From NCBI RefSeq assembly GCF_052425735.1, contig NC_135769.1, positions 32,302,001 through 32,366,000 on the forward strand: a stretch of 64,000 bases of DNA, written 5' to 3'. Below, piece by piece: positions 50,001-63,451 of this stretch. The DNA is from Oculina patagonica (Eukaryota). The first letter of the stretch is position 1, and each line of letters starts with the position of its first letter. The notes below the pieces were generated by a model, which saw only the letters and a program-made list of their open reading frames with translations, was not told where the DNA came from and made no database searches. The translations under genes and the position numbers were made by a program.

Positions 50001-52377
50001 TTTTTCGCTTAGCTGGGCATTTTTTTTTAGCTAATAGAATTTAGGTACCCTATCTAAGGATCACACCGGGAACACATTGCCAAAAGGAGCAAAAATGATA
50101 CCCTATTTAAGGACCCAGAACCTCAAAAACCATACCCTATCGGGCGGCACATACCTATATAGGCCACATATGGGAGTACCCCCCCCCCCCCCCCGGAAAC
50201 CTGGTAACCATCAATATTGACCTGAGGAAATTCTTCTTCCTTCAGATGTTATCTATGATGTTGACTTAATTCCATCTCTTGTAAGAACACTACACTTACT
50301 TTTAAGGTAAGAAGCAGCTATACAAAGCAAATATTCTCTCATACTTTCAAACTACAGTGTTACTGTAATTTGTCAGATATGCATGTGTCCACAAGAGTAA
50401 CTGGAGGGGGGGGAGGGACAGACAGTTAGTTTGCTGATACACACATTTTCGCGAGTACTAATTTTCGCGATTTTCGCAATTTTAAAATAATCCCGAAAAT
50501 ACTTTTATTAGTACACGCGAAAAAAACATTGCGCAAAATTTAAAAACGCGAAAATTAATACCATATTATTTATCAAAACAATAAAAATTTGGAATGTTTG
50601 GAACTGCGACAATCTACCTTTAAAAATATCTTTGTCTTGTTTTTGACTAGCACCCTTCCTCTGATTATTGTTTTGAGCTTGTAAATTGATTCAAAACCTC
50701 TTTAGTACAGTCACTGAAGTCTCTGTTTGCAGGCTACTTGTAGTTACGTTGAGCCTTTGTGAATGTATTTCCAGTAGTTCCTTAGTCTTTGACTACTGAT
50801 CCATAAAAAAAATCGCGAAATTTAACACTTTTTCTCTAATTTTTCTTGCAATCGCGAAAAATTAATACTCGCGAAATTTGGCTCCCGGATTTTCGTGAAA
50901 TTAAGTACGCGCGAAAATTAATAAGAATAAGGTATTAACTGCTGTGGGAAGCTAGCTAAGCTTTGTGTTCACACATTTAAGCTTTAAGTTGTAGCAAAAT
51001 ATTGCTGTGACAAAGCTCCAATGCCTTGCGATTTATAAACTTCACATTGACATTTTGGAAAATAACAAAATATTAAGAAGTCTTTCATTTGCCAAGTGAT
51101 GCAAAAACAATAAATTTGTACCATTTCCGTTTAAACTGATTATTTTTACTTTTGGAATAGACTGATCATGGCTGATATTAATAATATTGTTAGTTACTGC
51201 TTGCAGTGAATTTAATATTCTTTTCTTTTTATCTCTTGCAGTACCCATGGCGATAGACAAGGAATTAAGCCTGTGGCTTACATAGCTTCAACCATAAGAA
51301 ATCCACTGACATATGAATTATTTCTTAACAAACTTAGTAAGTGTGGATTTCATTAATCCTGGCTGCAATTTTTTGTATCATGGAAAAACTAATTATTTAA
51401 AATAACATTTATTCCAGATGATGTTGGCTGAATAAATCATAATTTTTTACTTCATTCTGTTAAGACGGATTCCGCTGAAAGTTCGAGCAATGAGTGCGAA
51501 AATTAAGTACCAAAAATCTACACATTGCACGGCAACATTTTGTATACTATTTAATAGATCTCATCGAAATTAATTTGTCTTAGTGACCCCGCAATTATAT
51601 TTGAAAGCATTCTCGAGAAAATTAAAGTCAAACCTCGAAAAAATGTATTAAACGCGCGCCATTTTGTTTTGAACTGGCGCAAGACGTCCGTTTTAACTGA
51701 AATAAAGAAATCTTCAAATCCATTTTTCTCTCGCGGGGTCAGCTTGAGTGCTAAATTTTTGGCAGGTTGTTGTTAGCTGTACTAAAACTGTTGCCATGCT
51801 AAGAGGTCTTTTTGGTAACTTTATTTTTGCCTGTATTGCTCGAAAATTGTGCGGAAACCATCTTAAGCATCTAGCTTCAAATAGTGGCACATAGCTTTTG
51901 GTGTATCAAAGCCTTCGGTCCTTCGATGTCTTAAATATCCCCTTTGTTTTGACGATGTGCCTTGGACGGGGTGGACAAGCACTATTAAGTGGGCTTACAT
52001 GGGAGTACAGACTCCCCTGAGTCATGAATGTTTAGGAACTTAGCCGAGTGAACCATACCAGGAGACCATACTTTCCTGTAGCAGCTAGGTCTGCAATACA
52101 TGCAGAGAGATACTCACATCTCTATCAAAGGCCCATGTGTGCTAAGAGAGTGAGATGATAATATTCTGCTTGTGTGCTGTATTGTCCACGTCTGAACATT
52201 GAAGAGAAATCTAAAGCTGCAGTGTATTGGTTGTAATATTGATTTAAAGTTTATATGAATAATTGTTTGATTGTAGATGAACACAACATCAGCTGGAGTG
52301 AAGTCACCAAGCCAATGAATCAAGTGTTTTATTATGATCGCAGCTGTGAAATTAAAATAATAAAGCTACAAGTCTGA
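45145..52377 (+). CDS. EEF2KMT: Protein-lysine N-methyltransferase EEF2KMT/FAM86A, 9 exons starting 45145, 45302, 46068, 47144, 48418, 48899, 50246, 51242, 52277
   Basis: FAM86 N-domain (YAPSVTYQRLFLK...ISDELYEAY...FKTY), GTTGLSTW|AGEYLAEW, IIELGCGVGLTG, YIFSDYHEEVL, IILAA|DVIYD, AYIASTIRNPLTY. Stop TGA at 52375-52377. Confidence 0.93.
45696..45932 (+). mobile_element. tRNA-derived SINE (same family as 10032-10323)
   Basis: GGAGGCACATTGGCGTAATGGTTAGTGC...GGCAAGACACTTTACTCTCATAGTGCCTCTCTCCACCCAGGTGTATAAA. Confidence 0.8.
46291..46593 (+). mobile_element. tRNA-derived SINE, full length
   Basis: Same family. 14-bp TSD TTACTTGTTTAGAT at 46277-46290 and 46594-46607. Confidence 0.85.
49743..50196. 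mobile_element. MITE with GGGGGTACTCCCATA inverted ends
   Basis: GGGGGGTACTCCCATA ... TATGGGAGTACCCCCC. Internal ACCCTATTTAAGG repeats. Confidence 0.7.
51464..51862. mobile_element. TTAA-flanked MITE (Kolobok-like)
   Basis: TTAA|GACGGATTCCGC ... GCGGAAACCATC|TTAA. Confidence 0.6.
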
Positions 52378-52896
52378 TAAGATTCCTTGAAAAATCACAT
52401 TTAAAAATGATTCCTTGAAAAAGTGTTGTTCACAGAAGGAGAGTTAAAGACTGTTCCATTTTGAGTGGAGAAAGTACAAGCTTGAAGACTCAACAAGTCA
52501 TCGGCTCTGTTCGAATCTCTGGTCTCTAGTAAAGAAGAAATAATAGAATAGGATGCTAGTCCAGCACTGGTTGGCCCCCCAGTGTATTTTGAGAACTGGT
52601 CAGGAACGATTTGCCAGAATACAGTTACAAACCAGGATAACACAACAGAGACAAAGATCAGTAAATAAAATGAATTTTTTTTTTCATTTGAACTGATCAA
52701 CAGGTTTTATTTTTCTTATTGAAGCGGACCACATAGTATTAGGTGACCCTCATTAAACAAATGGTTCAAGCTTTAGCCTGTACTATCGAGTTATGGTGCA
52801 CGCAGGAAGTTTTGAGAGCACGAAAGAGTTGCTCAAGAAGATAGTCAAGCTCTAGCAACTCTAGCTTCTTGAGTGCTCTCCAAACTTCCCACTTAA

Positions 52897-53867
52897 GGTC
52901 GCGGGGGACACCTTAGGCTCATCATTATGCATTTATTTAAAGCGTATGCACGAAGTGCAACGACTGACAAAGTGACATCGGCAACTTTACGAGATATTCA
53001 TGACTGGATAAAAATATGCGGGTGCGTGCGCGTGATTATTTTGAAAAAATAAATTCCTGTTTCTTTGATTATTTAACCAATTTAAAACAACACTGGCGAT
53101 ATACGTTTTCTAGATTGTAGGAAGACTATGAGCTAATTTTTATTCAATTTGTTTTTGTTTCTGCAGCTCAGAGTAATCACAATAATATTCGGCATAAAAA
53201 ATCATAGCTAATCATGTCCTTCATAAAACGCATTGTTCTCACTATAAAAGCGTGGAATATAATTTCCATAATTACATCTCTCCTTTGGAAACTGATCGTG
53301 TTTTGGTCGGGACACCTTCGGAAAACTAAAGTTTGGACTTTTCCGACAATTTTGTGGCAGAGAACACAGCGCAGATACATACCTTCATGACTTGCCACTG
53401 CAGATAGGTAAACTATGGACATTGTAGTGTGTCATAACAGAGGCGGAATTTTAAAAGAGCGCTTTAAGAAAGAGGTAGAAGGCATTAAATTAAAATTTGC
53501 GCATTTAAACCGCCATAACTTGCTGGCAAATTTTAAATTAAAAAATACGCTTCTGTTATGACACTCTACAGATATTGACTGATTAGTTTTTGACAAGATC
53601 ACAGTGTGCTGTCTCCTGCTCGTTCCGTTAACTCTGCCACAAAATCATGTTCTTCCCAATTTGGCACTAACGTGGCTATAACATCGCCGTTAAGTATAGT
53701 CTACCAAATAAAAGACTACACACATAATCTTTTATCATTTCTTTATGTCTGCAAAATTTGAGCTTAATCGCACCCATAACAGCCGAGAAATAAGCGTTTT
53801 AAAAGATGCAGGTCAAACAAAATTTCGCTTCATGAATTTATTCATGCTGTAGGTATCCCCCACGACC
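52897..53867. mobile_element. TTAA-flanked non-autonomous transposon (Kolobok-like) nested in another repeat
   Basis: TTAA|GGTCGCGGGGGACACCT ... AGGTATCCCCCACGACC|TTAA. Confidence 0.75.
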
Positions 53868-56100
53868 TTAACCATAACTGAATAGTGCCCAGCTAAAAGC
53901 ATGAACCAATAATAATTGTTTTATAACATTGTCAGTGGAAATGTACATCAAAACCTGCGTGAGGAAAAGAACTTTCTGGCAAAGCGCTTCGCTTATGCTA
54001 CCAGCGTGTATTATTGGATTATGGTGCATGCTTTTGCATACTGAATTTGGTTGTGCGGCTCTACTAGCTGTTATAAAAGGAAATAGCTTGTAGGCCTGAG
54101 TGAACTGAGTTACCTATATTTAAGCAGGCAGAAATTTTTAGGAACATAAGAGGTGCATAGAGAGGAGCACAAGACGTCCCTGAGTGCTTCCTGCACTTTC
54201 ACCTGCATAACGGAACAACACACAAGGAACAAGTTTGCTATTTCCTTTATAAAATGTTCACAAAATTGGGTGGGCTTGAACAAGTGATGTAAAATGTGTG
54301 CCTTATATGTTGATAATGTATACAATTAAATGATAACTGTAGGCTGCATGCTTTATCAAGCTGTAATGAACTCAAGCACTCCAATTGTAGCACACTCAGT
54401 TCTCTGAACATTTTACAAAAGGTTCTTATTTATTGCAAGTATTGTTAACTAGTTTTTATTCACAACAGTCATTTGAGACAACAACCCAGAAATAAGCTAA
54501 GTTTATTGATATTTTATTTACATCTCAATTTTTTTTACAATTACTTACATATGACATTTTAAATGTTACTGAAGAATACACTCTGTATATAATAGAACAA
54601 AATTATTTTATATAATATAGACTAAATAAAATATTAATTTTTTTAACTTCACGTCATGGGAGCACAAATCCAAATTCTGAGTTACCCTTTGCCTCTGTCT
54701 CAATTAAACGAGTCTACGTGCGAAACCATTCAAATGAAAATGAATTTGATTTGCATGAAAATGGAATTGTAGGTGAAACTCATTTTCATACAAGTCGTTT
54801 TGCACATAGACTCGTTTTGAAACAGGGGCAAAGGGTAACTCTGAAATGGCCTTTTAAACCATTTATTTTTCACCTTAAATGTGCTAACAGACTGAATAGT
54901 ACCGGGGTGTTACATAGTAACTGAAATTCCATACAAGAACAAGGTTTGTTACTTTAAAAGACAACACAACACATCTCATGTTTGTCTTTCCCTGGAGTGT
55001 GGTGTTGTCTTTTAAAATTATTACTAACATAGTAATTTTGAGACTTTTTCTGGTTTAAGAAAAGAAAGGCTAATGGTAGTCGGTTTGAATCTTTACTTAA
55101 GACTTAGTTTACCAAAAAAAGAAATACTGGTAAAAAAAAAAAAACAATACCTTAAATGTGAGAAATAATGACCCTTATTATTATCATGCAGCATGCCTGC
55201 TGCACCTTAGTAATCAAGCACCGGTATCCTTTACATAAGGTAGTCCAAGTTTAAATTAGTGAAAAGTCATAAATTTGTAAAACAGATAGTTTCATAGTAG
55301 GTTGCATCTAGGCCTGAATGCATAATCATTTTTAGATGCAACTGATGGTGATCCATCACAACATAGCCCAATCTTGACCATTGTTGTGCCTCTGATTAAA
55401 TAACTTTCTGAGGGAGAGGAACGGGGGTTCTACCCTGGTAAACTGTTAATTTAAAGATCCTTCAATTTGAACATAACTATGTACTTTTCTTGCTTCTTGA
55501 TATATTTTTTATAATCTGAGTTCATTGATCAGTGGCCGAAAAAAATTATGATTGCTAAATCTGTCTGACTAACTGAAAATGAAAATACATCAAATACCAT
55601 GCATGCTATCTACAAATTATATACTTCATATACGATGTTATAGTGCTCCAAAAAAGCAAAAAAAAAAAGAAAGATGCAACAGTTTTACAAACAAGAAAAT
55701 CGTGTAGCAAATTGTATTTACGCTTCAGAAAGTTCTTTTGTAACAATTTGCTTTTTTTTTCCTAAAGCCATTAATAATATTATTTTTGTCATCAAATTTT
55801 AAAGAAAACATTCATCTTACCCTCTAAAATCCTAACTGAACATAATTCGCTCATTACACACCATTTATTCCTCTTGGGAACATTATGTACTGTGACAACC
55901 TAAAACTTCCAATTCCTGGAGAGGACACTCCTCCAATTTAACTATCCTGAATACTTGGGGAGCCTCAGATTTACTGACATTTACTGTTACTTCAAGTCAA
56001 CTGAAATTCCCCAATGCATAAACAAACAATTCACCTCCTTTAGATGCAGAATCCATTTCACAAGCTACAATGTATAAATACAGTTAAATGTAATTTAACA

Positions 56101-56638
56101 TAGTTAACGACAAGGAGCAAGAGCCGAGTCATTAGCGTGTTTCTAGTATTTCAGGCGTTGTAGCGTTAAGCGTTTGGCGTATGTTTGTTAGTAGCGTTCT
56201 GGTGGTGTTCACATGGTTGCTGAAGTGCTGGGTCGAGTCTGGTCCAGCGGTGTTTCCCTTCGGTACATGCGTAGCTATCCCATGTGCTGGCGTTTGTTGT
56301 TCGTAGTTCGATCGGCGTGGCGTTTTGTGTTAGTTTGTAGTAGCGTTCTCAGCATTCCCCTTCCCTCCCTCCCTGGGGTTTGTGAGAAGACAAGCTTCTG
56401 CGCGGGGGGCCATTTACTGGGACCTTGTGTTCAGTTTTCTTCCACTGAGCCAGTTGGGCTTGAGTGTGACGAAGGGTGCTCGGGTTCGGGGGCCTGGCAC
56501 GGGGGGCTCATGGCTGGGTTGCCGGTTTGGGCAGGCCAGTCGGGTGTTCTGGCGCCTTGGGGGTGTGATTGCGATTGCAGCCCCCGGGCCCCTTGGGCAC
56601 CTAACCTACTGGGCCACTTGCGACGTGGGCGTTAACTA
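56101..56638. mobile_element. GC-rich repeat element just downstream of the TEX2 stop
   Basis: TAGTTAACG ... CGTTAACTA inverted termini. Composition differs sharply from the flanks. Confidence 0.55.
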
Positions 56639-56683
56639 GGTTTTAAACATTTCATTTATTTAATATTCTCTGCAGATATCCGT

Positions 56684-59600
56684 TCATCGCCACTCTGGGA
56701 ACTGTTCTTCAAGTCCTGAATTCATGAGCCTGATAGGCAGATCTTCCATGTTTGGAAGCACAAACATGTTCTGCAATGAATATAATATTAAAATTAAAAA
56801 TTGAATGACACCCGACACCATACCTAATGAGAACTGGGTGCTGGTGATACCCAGGGCTTTCAAAATGTTTTAAGTAGACGTCAGCACCTGGAAGTAAGTG
56901 TAGGTGGTTGTGACACTGAGCTTGTTTGTCACGAACTGATTGCTATGTCCAGAGTCACCGGCGACATATATTCAAGTAGCCGGCTTGTCTTGAAAACCCT
57001 GGATACCAACTATAAATTGCCACCGGCCTAGGAAAACTAGAAGATACTGGTGGAATGTTGGCTTTTACTAGCATACGCTTACCAACCAATGATTGCAACT
57101 AATAATTTAGGGTTTCATGTACAGTAGAATCTCGATTTCTCAATCCCTTAATTTCGTGAGCCTCCCAAAACTTTGATACCCCAGGGGGTACTCGAAATGT
57201 TAAGTGACGGGGATAATCGAATGGGGGCAAAAATAAAGACCAAAAAAAAACCCTAGGGCTTCCACCAAAACCACAAAAAAATCCCTTAACCAAAAAATAA
57301 CCCCCAAGAAATCGACAGCAAAACACATTTGTTTGTACTTTATTGGCAGAACTACATGTATGCAGCCAAAGCACTACCACAAATCTTAAGATCATTTAAA
57401 ATACCCCCCCCCCAAAATCCTTATTTTTATTAAAAAATACTTGCCAAATTTTCCCACCCCCCAAAAAAAACCGGAATGGAAATTTTCAAACCCCAAAAAA
57501 TCTTTCTATCATCCCCATTACTTAAAATCCCAAGTAACCCCCCTGGGACTGATACTGGTAGTCATTTTCCCTCCCTCAGCCGAACACTGCAATTTTTATC
57601 CCCAATTTCTTGAATAAATAATAATAATAATACATAATATTTTAAGAGGAGGCCTCCAATCACCTAGGGGTGGTTTTCAGGGGGGTCCCCTAAAAAAAAA
57701 NNNNNNNNNNNNNNNNNNNNNNNNNNNNNNNNNNNNNNNNNNNNNNNNNNNNNNNNNNNNNNNNNNNNNNNNNNNNNNNNNNNNNNNNNNNNNNNNNNNN
57801 NNNNNNNNNNNNNNNNNNNNNNNNNNNNNNNNNNNNNNNNNNNNNNNNNNNNNNNNNNNNNNNNNNNNNNNNNNNNNNNNNNNNNNNNNNNNNNNNNNNN
57901 NNNNNNNNNNNNNNNNNNNNNNNNNNNNNNNNNNNNNNNNNNNNNNNNNNNNNNNNNNNNNNNGCTCTGGAGGTTTGAGAGATCAGGATGCCACTGTAAG
58001 TATTTACATGTTCTCACAGGCTTAGTTTGGAACAGCAATCAACTTGTTTTCTTTCAAACACCATACTGTACAGAATGATGTGTATAATGTTTCTGAAACA
58101 CTTGACTTACCCTGAACTCTTGTTTCAGCTTTTTCTCAATCCATTCAGTGACATGAGTAAGTTTAACTTGACGATCACCAAGCTTTGGTCTGGCAGACAC
58201 AAACAGCAAAGGAGGTTCTCTGAAACCATACCTTTACAAAAAAAAAAATGGCCTTCAATGCACACAAATGAACATGCCCTCAGGGCTCGAGACTAACGGG
58301 AGCCAACTAGCCAAAGGCTAGTTAAAATGATTTTTGTTTGGTTTTGGCCTATCACTAGCCAAAATGGCTAGTAAAAAAAACAGTAGGGAAAAAAAACCTT
58401 TTTATAAAAATTTCTCTAAGAAATTATAAAAAAAAAAAAAATTAATATTATAAAATGTTTAAAAAAAAAAAAATTTTTTATAAAAAAAAAAAACCCCAAT
58501 TTTTAAAAAAAAAAAAAAAAATTTTTAAAAAATTATTAAATCTTTTTTTTTCCCCCCCCCCCCCCCCTTTTAAAAAAAAAAATAATTGAAAAATTTTTTA
58601 AAAAAAAATACCCTACTGATAGATTATACTTCCTGTATCTCCTCCAATTAATGCCCGGCTATCCTTTATTTCAAACTTGGCCTGCTGGACTTGGTGTTTA
58701 TTTGACTTCCTGTAATTTATTTGAGCCTGCGTTGTTTAAGCAAGGGTACTTAAATACTATTTTTGACAGACATTCTTCTTGTCATTATACATACAGCTTA
58801 TTACACCTCAAATGCTCTAAGGTATTAATTTAAAACTCTTCTTTGGAGACTACGCATTTAGCCAAAACTTGGGCTCATCCTCGGTGTAAGAACCTGTGAA
58901 ACTCACTGGTGACGTAAAACAAAGAACAAACAAAGCAACAAAGAGCTGTCAAAAACAATAAAGAGAAGGAAAACAATAGCTCCAAAACAAAGAAAAATAT
59001 CACAGGTTCTTACACCGAGGTAAACCCAAAATTTGGGGTTTCATAGAGAAAATACGGTCATTATGTTAACTTTGTTTTCCAGTGAATGTAGAGATTAGAC
59101 AAACTTCTATTGATTATCTTTTTACAATAAATTCAAGATGTAAGTTAGAATGATAAAAGTTAGCCAGCCTAATCCAAATTCTACCAAGAAGAGCAGAGGA
59201 AATGCATTCAAGGACATTATGGAGAGTTTTAATGCAGTCACCTACCAGAGCCTGTTTGTAGGAGGTGGTGGAATGTTCAATGCAATAGTTCCTTGGACTT
59301 TTTGGACCTCCACTGACAAAATGATTGGAAGGTTTGAAAACCTCTCAGCTGCTCGTTTGACGATACCAGTCTCTGCTGCCTTCTTTACCCACTTAGATTT
59401 GGCCAGCCGTTCAATCACGCTGAAGAGCTTGCGCTTTGGTCCATGTTTAGCAGAGAAACCTAAATGTTTTTTCACTGGAGTACAAGGAGCACTTTCTGAC
59501 ATCTTATCACTAAGCCCAGCAGTTAGTAAGCTTTTATCAGAGGTTTCTTCACCTGAGCTTTGCTTTTGAGAAGACAGTTTTCTTCTTTTTAATTGTGCAC

Positions 59601-62600
59601 TCCTTTCCGAAACGCTATTCCCAACTTCTGAGTCAGATACATTACCTTCTGGTAATGTCTCCTTGCTTTCTAGGAACTCTTCATCACCATCAAAGCTGCT
59701 TAATGTGAAATAACCAGAGCTTTCACTTTGTGGCGCATCTTCAGGCTTATCTGATGCTTGGCTGCGAAGAGCCTTGATTGTGAATTCTTCAAGGTCAGAC
59801 TCTGGTGATTCAAAGTCTGAATCACTGTCGGGCGGACTTTCTGACTCAGAATCATTTTCTAGGTCGTCTGTACCCAAACTCTCGCTGTCAATCATCTCAT
59901 ACTTCCTTGACAACTCTGCCATTTCCAGCTCTGCAGACACTTCTCCATGTTCACTGTTACCAAGACTTAAAAAGTAGCTCAAATAGCCTTCAATGTTCAA
60001 ATGGCCCTCAAGTGTGAAGATTAAACCACCACCGTATGTCACTTCCAGATCAACCCACGTACCTCGCTGGTCAACCACAGGTGGGAAAGTCTTAGTAATA
60101 ACTGGAAGGCTTTGGCCAAGATTGAGATCGGAAATGGTGATATCACGAATAAAAGAAGGCTTTTTCATCTTGGCAAGTTTGTTTTCAAAGCGTTCCCTGA
60201 CTTTGTTGGTCCAGTACTTGTCATGCCACACATCCCAAAAAGCTCTTCCAAATATTACGTTCACCCATGCAATTTCACTTTGTTGTAAAGCATTAGGCTC
60301 AGGTACTAGTCGAGCCATGTAGTGTGGATATGAGCACAAAGGTGGGATGGTCTCAGAATTATCATTCAGAAGTCTGCACAGATGATTATACCACTCTTCT
60401 TTTTCTCTACCAGTCCTTGGAAATAAGTAAAGAATACTGACATCCTCAAATGAATCTTGCTGTTTGATCCTTCCCGTTTGTACATTTTCTGTGTCGTCTT
60501 CTTCATCTGTACTTTTACTGTTGTAAGTGATATCTTCAGCAACTGCATTTGGCTTTTCAAGAACAAGGCAGATTGGAAACTTTCGACTCCACACTTTCTT
60601 CATTGCCATAGTTGAAGGTAAAAGTGAAACTTTGCTTCCAGCAATGTCGTAGTGTTCATGTCTTGAGAAAAGTACAGATGTTCCCTCGTCAATTGACCGA
60701 GGATCAAACTTCTTGCCAGTACTGTCAACCTTGGGATGTGACAGAGTTAATTTTGTTCCTTTTAATGAAGCAAAAATTGGCATAGTCTCATGACTAAAGT
60801 CAAACTTGTCTGGGGCATAATCAAATGACTTAAACATCCAGCCCTGGAGAGAAAAAAGAGGGAAATGTTAAAGGTGAGATTTAATATTTTAAACAAATAA
60901 CCTCATACATGATGTTCACATCTATCCTTACACACACCAAAAAATCCTTCACAGTTATAAAGTGTCCACCCCTTTTAGGTCAAGGCTCAAGTTCAATTCC
61001 TATTCAATAATTTCTCTGTTATGTCTACTTGGACTCTGTTCCTCTCTAGGGGAGGGGAAGAGAGCAGGCTTTTTCACCTTGTCCAAACGGTACCAAACCA
61101 TACCCACCCCTCCCTTTGGAAGAAGTGACCCCAGTGTAATGTTACTTCTCAGGTCCAGTTCCTAAAAAAAGCGGCTGGAAATCAAGTAGCCTATATCATA
61201 AAAAATTGTGAATACAGTAACAAACATTCAAGTGATCCACAAGTCCAATGTAATGAGATCCTCTCCAATCCAGATTTTACAATTGCCAATAAAAATTAAT
61301 AGCCATTAAAAATTTAATACATGAAGTTTTGAAAATGTTATTCTCCACAAGAATAAATAAAGCATTTAATTTTTATAATGTCAGTATCACAGCAGACATG
61401 ACTGTGTAAACACAAGTTCCAAATGCCTAAAGCATCATTTAAAAGTTGAGATAATGTTACATGATAATTGATGTTTAGGCCTTTAGAAGCGTATGGAGAG
61501 CGGTGAAAGACATAATCGGTTTAAAGAGATTTTTTGTTTTCTATTAACACAAGTCACGAAACAATATTTTGATTTATAATTTAAAACTGAATACAATACT
61601 TGCCTCTAACTTGTTTCTCTTCAGAAGTAAACCTGGATCAACAGATTTGTAAGCAGGTTTTGGTGTTCTCGCTAGTCTTTCTTCGTACTCCAACAATTCT
61701 TTCTCATAACGTTCAGCTATAGTATCTTCTGGGCAGAACAGCCAGAGGAAAGCACATCCCCCTAAATACGCGAACAAACTTCCAAATACTAAACCAGACA
61801 CAAACGGCGGAGAAGTTGTTATAAAGTACATATAAACTAAAAGAGAGCAAAGGCAGAAATTTGCGAACTGAGGCGATTTATCTACAGTGGGGCGTGATGC
61901 AAGTCTCGACTCCCTGCCTGCTTCACCAAAGTGGCATAAATTGAGTGACAAGTCCGGAGAAGAAGGAATTTCAGAAATTATGTCCGCGTTGCTTTCGATT
62001 TCCTCGCTATCTGAAAGTTTCTCTTCGGTCTCGCCATGTGCTTCGTCTTTCGCTATGCTCGCCAACAGAGATGATAAGGAGATACCAGCTGAGCTTTTCG
62101 GTTTTTCCTGATCACCTGCACTGGCGCTTTCAACTTGTCGATCACGATTCAAAAGGCGAAATGGTGAAGGTGATCTGGACCTGTGATGGCTCGCTTTTAG
62201 TTTGCTATCCGAATCATCATCGACGTGATTCTTCGAAGGAAGTGAACCAGCGTCGCTTTCCTCTTTCTCTGAAAGCGAAAGGCCTTCTTTTGATGAGTCG
62301 GTTTTCCCTTCGTTTCCCTGTTCGCGCTCTCTCTCTCGACCACGCAGAAACTTCATTATGACTGAATCAGAGTCTTCTGTTCGCGAATAAATCGGCCAGG
62401 TACTTTGTTTTGTAACTGCGGATCGCTTTTCTGGCGTTTGCCTCAGTTCCTGGGTAGAATGACTTTTGAATGAATCTTTCAAGCCTGTTTCAGAAGAGTT
62501 ATGCTTCGTACTTGAAGTTCCTTCAGCATATTTATTTTTTTCCGGTCGAGAAGTGTTCGCGCTTTCAACCTGCTCACAGACTCGACGCGTCACTTTATAA

Positions 62601-62854
62601 AACCCATCTTCTTCATCTTCTCCATCGATTTCTTCGCGTTTTTCATTTTGAACGGGAACCTGAGTATTTTCTTTACGAACTATAGAGATTTCTTCGTCGG
62701 AATCTGACTCCTTATTACTAGAACTGTAACGAATAGAGATAGAAGCAAATGGGTTTCGGAGAGATCTTTCAGGAGCTGCTCCGGTTGGCTGGCCACTTCT
62801 CGCGGTCATGGATCGTGGTAAGGGTGGTCGGGGTGGCGGCTTTTTTGCGCTCAT
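56684..62854 (-). CDS. TEX2: Testis-expressed protein 2 (Nvj2-like; TM-PH-SMP lipid transfer protein). Exons 62854-61604, 60843-59246, 58231-58111, 56770-56684
   Basis: Disordered N-terminus, TM hairpin, PH (GWM...VWSRKFPICL...LYLFPRTGREKEEWY), SMP (WVNVIFGRAFWD...ALNIPPPPTNRLW|YGFREPP...EWIEKKLKQEFR|NMFVLPNMEDL). Confidence 0.95.
57701..57963. other. Assembly gap (263 N) in a TEX2 intron
   Basis: Run of N. Confidence 1.
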
Positions 62855-63323
62855 TGCTGTTCTGTGCTCCGTCGCCCATCTGTGTTCTGTCTAATTGAAT
62901 CGTTACCCACCATGAGGCGATGAATATCTACCACAAATGCAGTAATTTCCTCGGCAAGACGGCTTGACTTTCGTCGACTTTTTCTTGTTGGAGATTTGCG
63001 AAGCGAATGCTCCGCTGACACAGACAGTCAGCGGCAAAACATTCGTTCCCAGACTACTCGGGATGTCACGGATCTCCCACCCCACCCCTCCCCGGTTCTA
63101 TATGTCAGAACAGTAACGATATTGCAGCGGAAACAAACAACGAAAAAGCTAGGAGAGAACTCTCCGTCTTATATTTTTTCTGGAAAAAAGATCACAGAAA
63201 GCATATTCTGTATGCGTGTGTTCCCTTACATTCCCTTGTAAAAGAGGGATTCATTTTTAAAAGAACCCTATTTCCAGTCCCTTTCAATCCAAGTAATCCA
63301 ATATGGCGACGATTGATTATGAA

Positions 63324-63346
63324 CCAATCAGATTCAACGACGTCAC
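63324..63346 (+). promoter_or_regulatory. ERSE-like element overlapping a CRE/UPRE-like core in the TEX2/IRE1 divergent promoter
   Basis: CCAAT-CAGATTCAA-CGACG(TCA): CCAAT-N9-CCACG with one mismatch. TGACGT on the minus strand. Confidence 0.45.
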
Positions 63347-63451
63347 CAGCGTCGAACGAAAACCAAGGGAAAGGAACACGGATATTTACATGAAAGAGAA
63401 TTACAAACCTGACTTTGTTTTCTCAATCAAAATAATACAAAGTCAGGCAGC

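Noticed and set aside
52155-52200. Possible C/D snoRNA in the last EEF2KMT intron
   Set aside because: Box C is non-canonical and there is no convincing terminal stem or guide.
56213-56639. 140-aa and 85-aa GC-rich ORFs
   Set aside because: Inside a repeat element, with no recognisable protein motifs.
57664-58038. 124-aa ORF
   Set aside because: Artefact of the N gap.
58370-58612. Extreme homopolymer-rich stretch
   Set aside because: Looks like low-quality read sequence near the gap, not biology.
59450-59950. Long acidic insertion in the TEX2 SMP domain
   Set aside because: A disordered insert here is a usual feature of the TEX2/Nvj2 family.
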